Shown piece by piece: positions 63,900 to 64,000 of a stretch of 64,000 bases of DNA. The stretch covers positions 725 through 64,724 of the forward strand of contig JBAVZU010000066.1 in NCBI GenBank assembly GCA_049588915.1, read 5' to 3'. The translations under genes and the position numbers were made by a program. Position 1 is the stretch's first letter. Every line of letters starts with the position of its first letter. Under the pieces are notes generated by a model. It did no database searches. It was not told the origin of the DNA and saw nothing but the letters and a program-made list of their open reading frames with translations. Source of the DNA: Candidatus Sulfotelmatobacter sp. (GTDB taxonomy: Bacteria; Acidobacteriota; Terriglobia; Terriglobales; Acidobacteriaceae).

Positions 63900-64000
63900 G
63901 TCAATCTCCTTGGTCTGCATTAAGCAGGCAGGCCGAAATGTACACCTTGTTCTGGAAATGCTCAAGAGGCTCATCGGCGCGAAACTTTCCTTTGCCGAAA

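Overview
Gene-dense chromosomal segment with no integrase, transposase, CRISPR array or rRNA. It looks moderately GC-rich by eye; I did not compute GC content. The gene content points to a diderm soil bacterium, probably Acidobacteriota/Terriglobia. That rests on two TonB-dependent receptors with carboxypeptidase-regulatory-like N-termini, a sortilin/BNR propeller protein, choice-of-anchor-D-type secreted repeat proteins and many lipoproteins, and it is inference only. Layout along the window:
- 1-13.9 kb: cell-envelope and secreted proteins. These are a repeat adhesin-like protein truncated by the window edge, a large lipoprotein, a coiled-coil porin-like barrel, a GT-C-like membrane protein, a GT2, a cysteine-rich PLC/AcpA-type phosphoesterase and an Ig-like/esterase protein.
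- 14.1-18.9 kb: a Dlt-like four-gene module (adenylase, carrier protein, MBOAT, SGNH/DltD-like).
- 19.4-28.1 kb: a cobalamin salvage and uptake cluster, cobU-btuF / btuB-btuC-btuD-cobT-cobS-cobC, controlled by two cobalamin riboswitches.
- 28.3-39.5 kb: housekeeping genes greA, two CDP-alcohol phosphatidyltransferases, vapBC, iaaA, cca, a DUF721 gene, gatC, gatA, an fmdE-like gene, cysS, pgsA, galK and tRNA-Val(GAC).
- 40.3-43.5 kb: the BNR/sortilin propeller protein.
- 43.6-60.9 kb: a divergently organised island. It holds an NCS1 permease, two tandem DUF917 paralogues, a Tat-signal ORF, a TonB-dependent receptor, two HyuA/HyuB (hydantoinase/oxoprolinase-family) pairs and a GntR regulator.
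- 61.2-64.0 kb: a frameshifted ester-cyclase gene, a methyl-accepting chemotaxis protein and a GlsB/YeaQ-type membrane protein.

The two best candidates for undescribed biology are the Dlt-like module in an outer-membrane-bearing host and the HyuAB/DUF917/NCS1/TBDR island. Smaller sequence-level oddities are a duplicated 59-nt intergenic element with a conserved mini-ORF and several 14-15-nt tandem repeats. Every functional call comes from motif recognition in the supplied translations; no database search was run.
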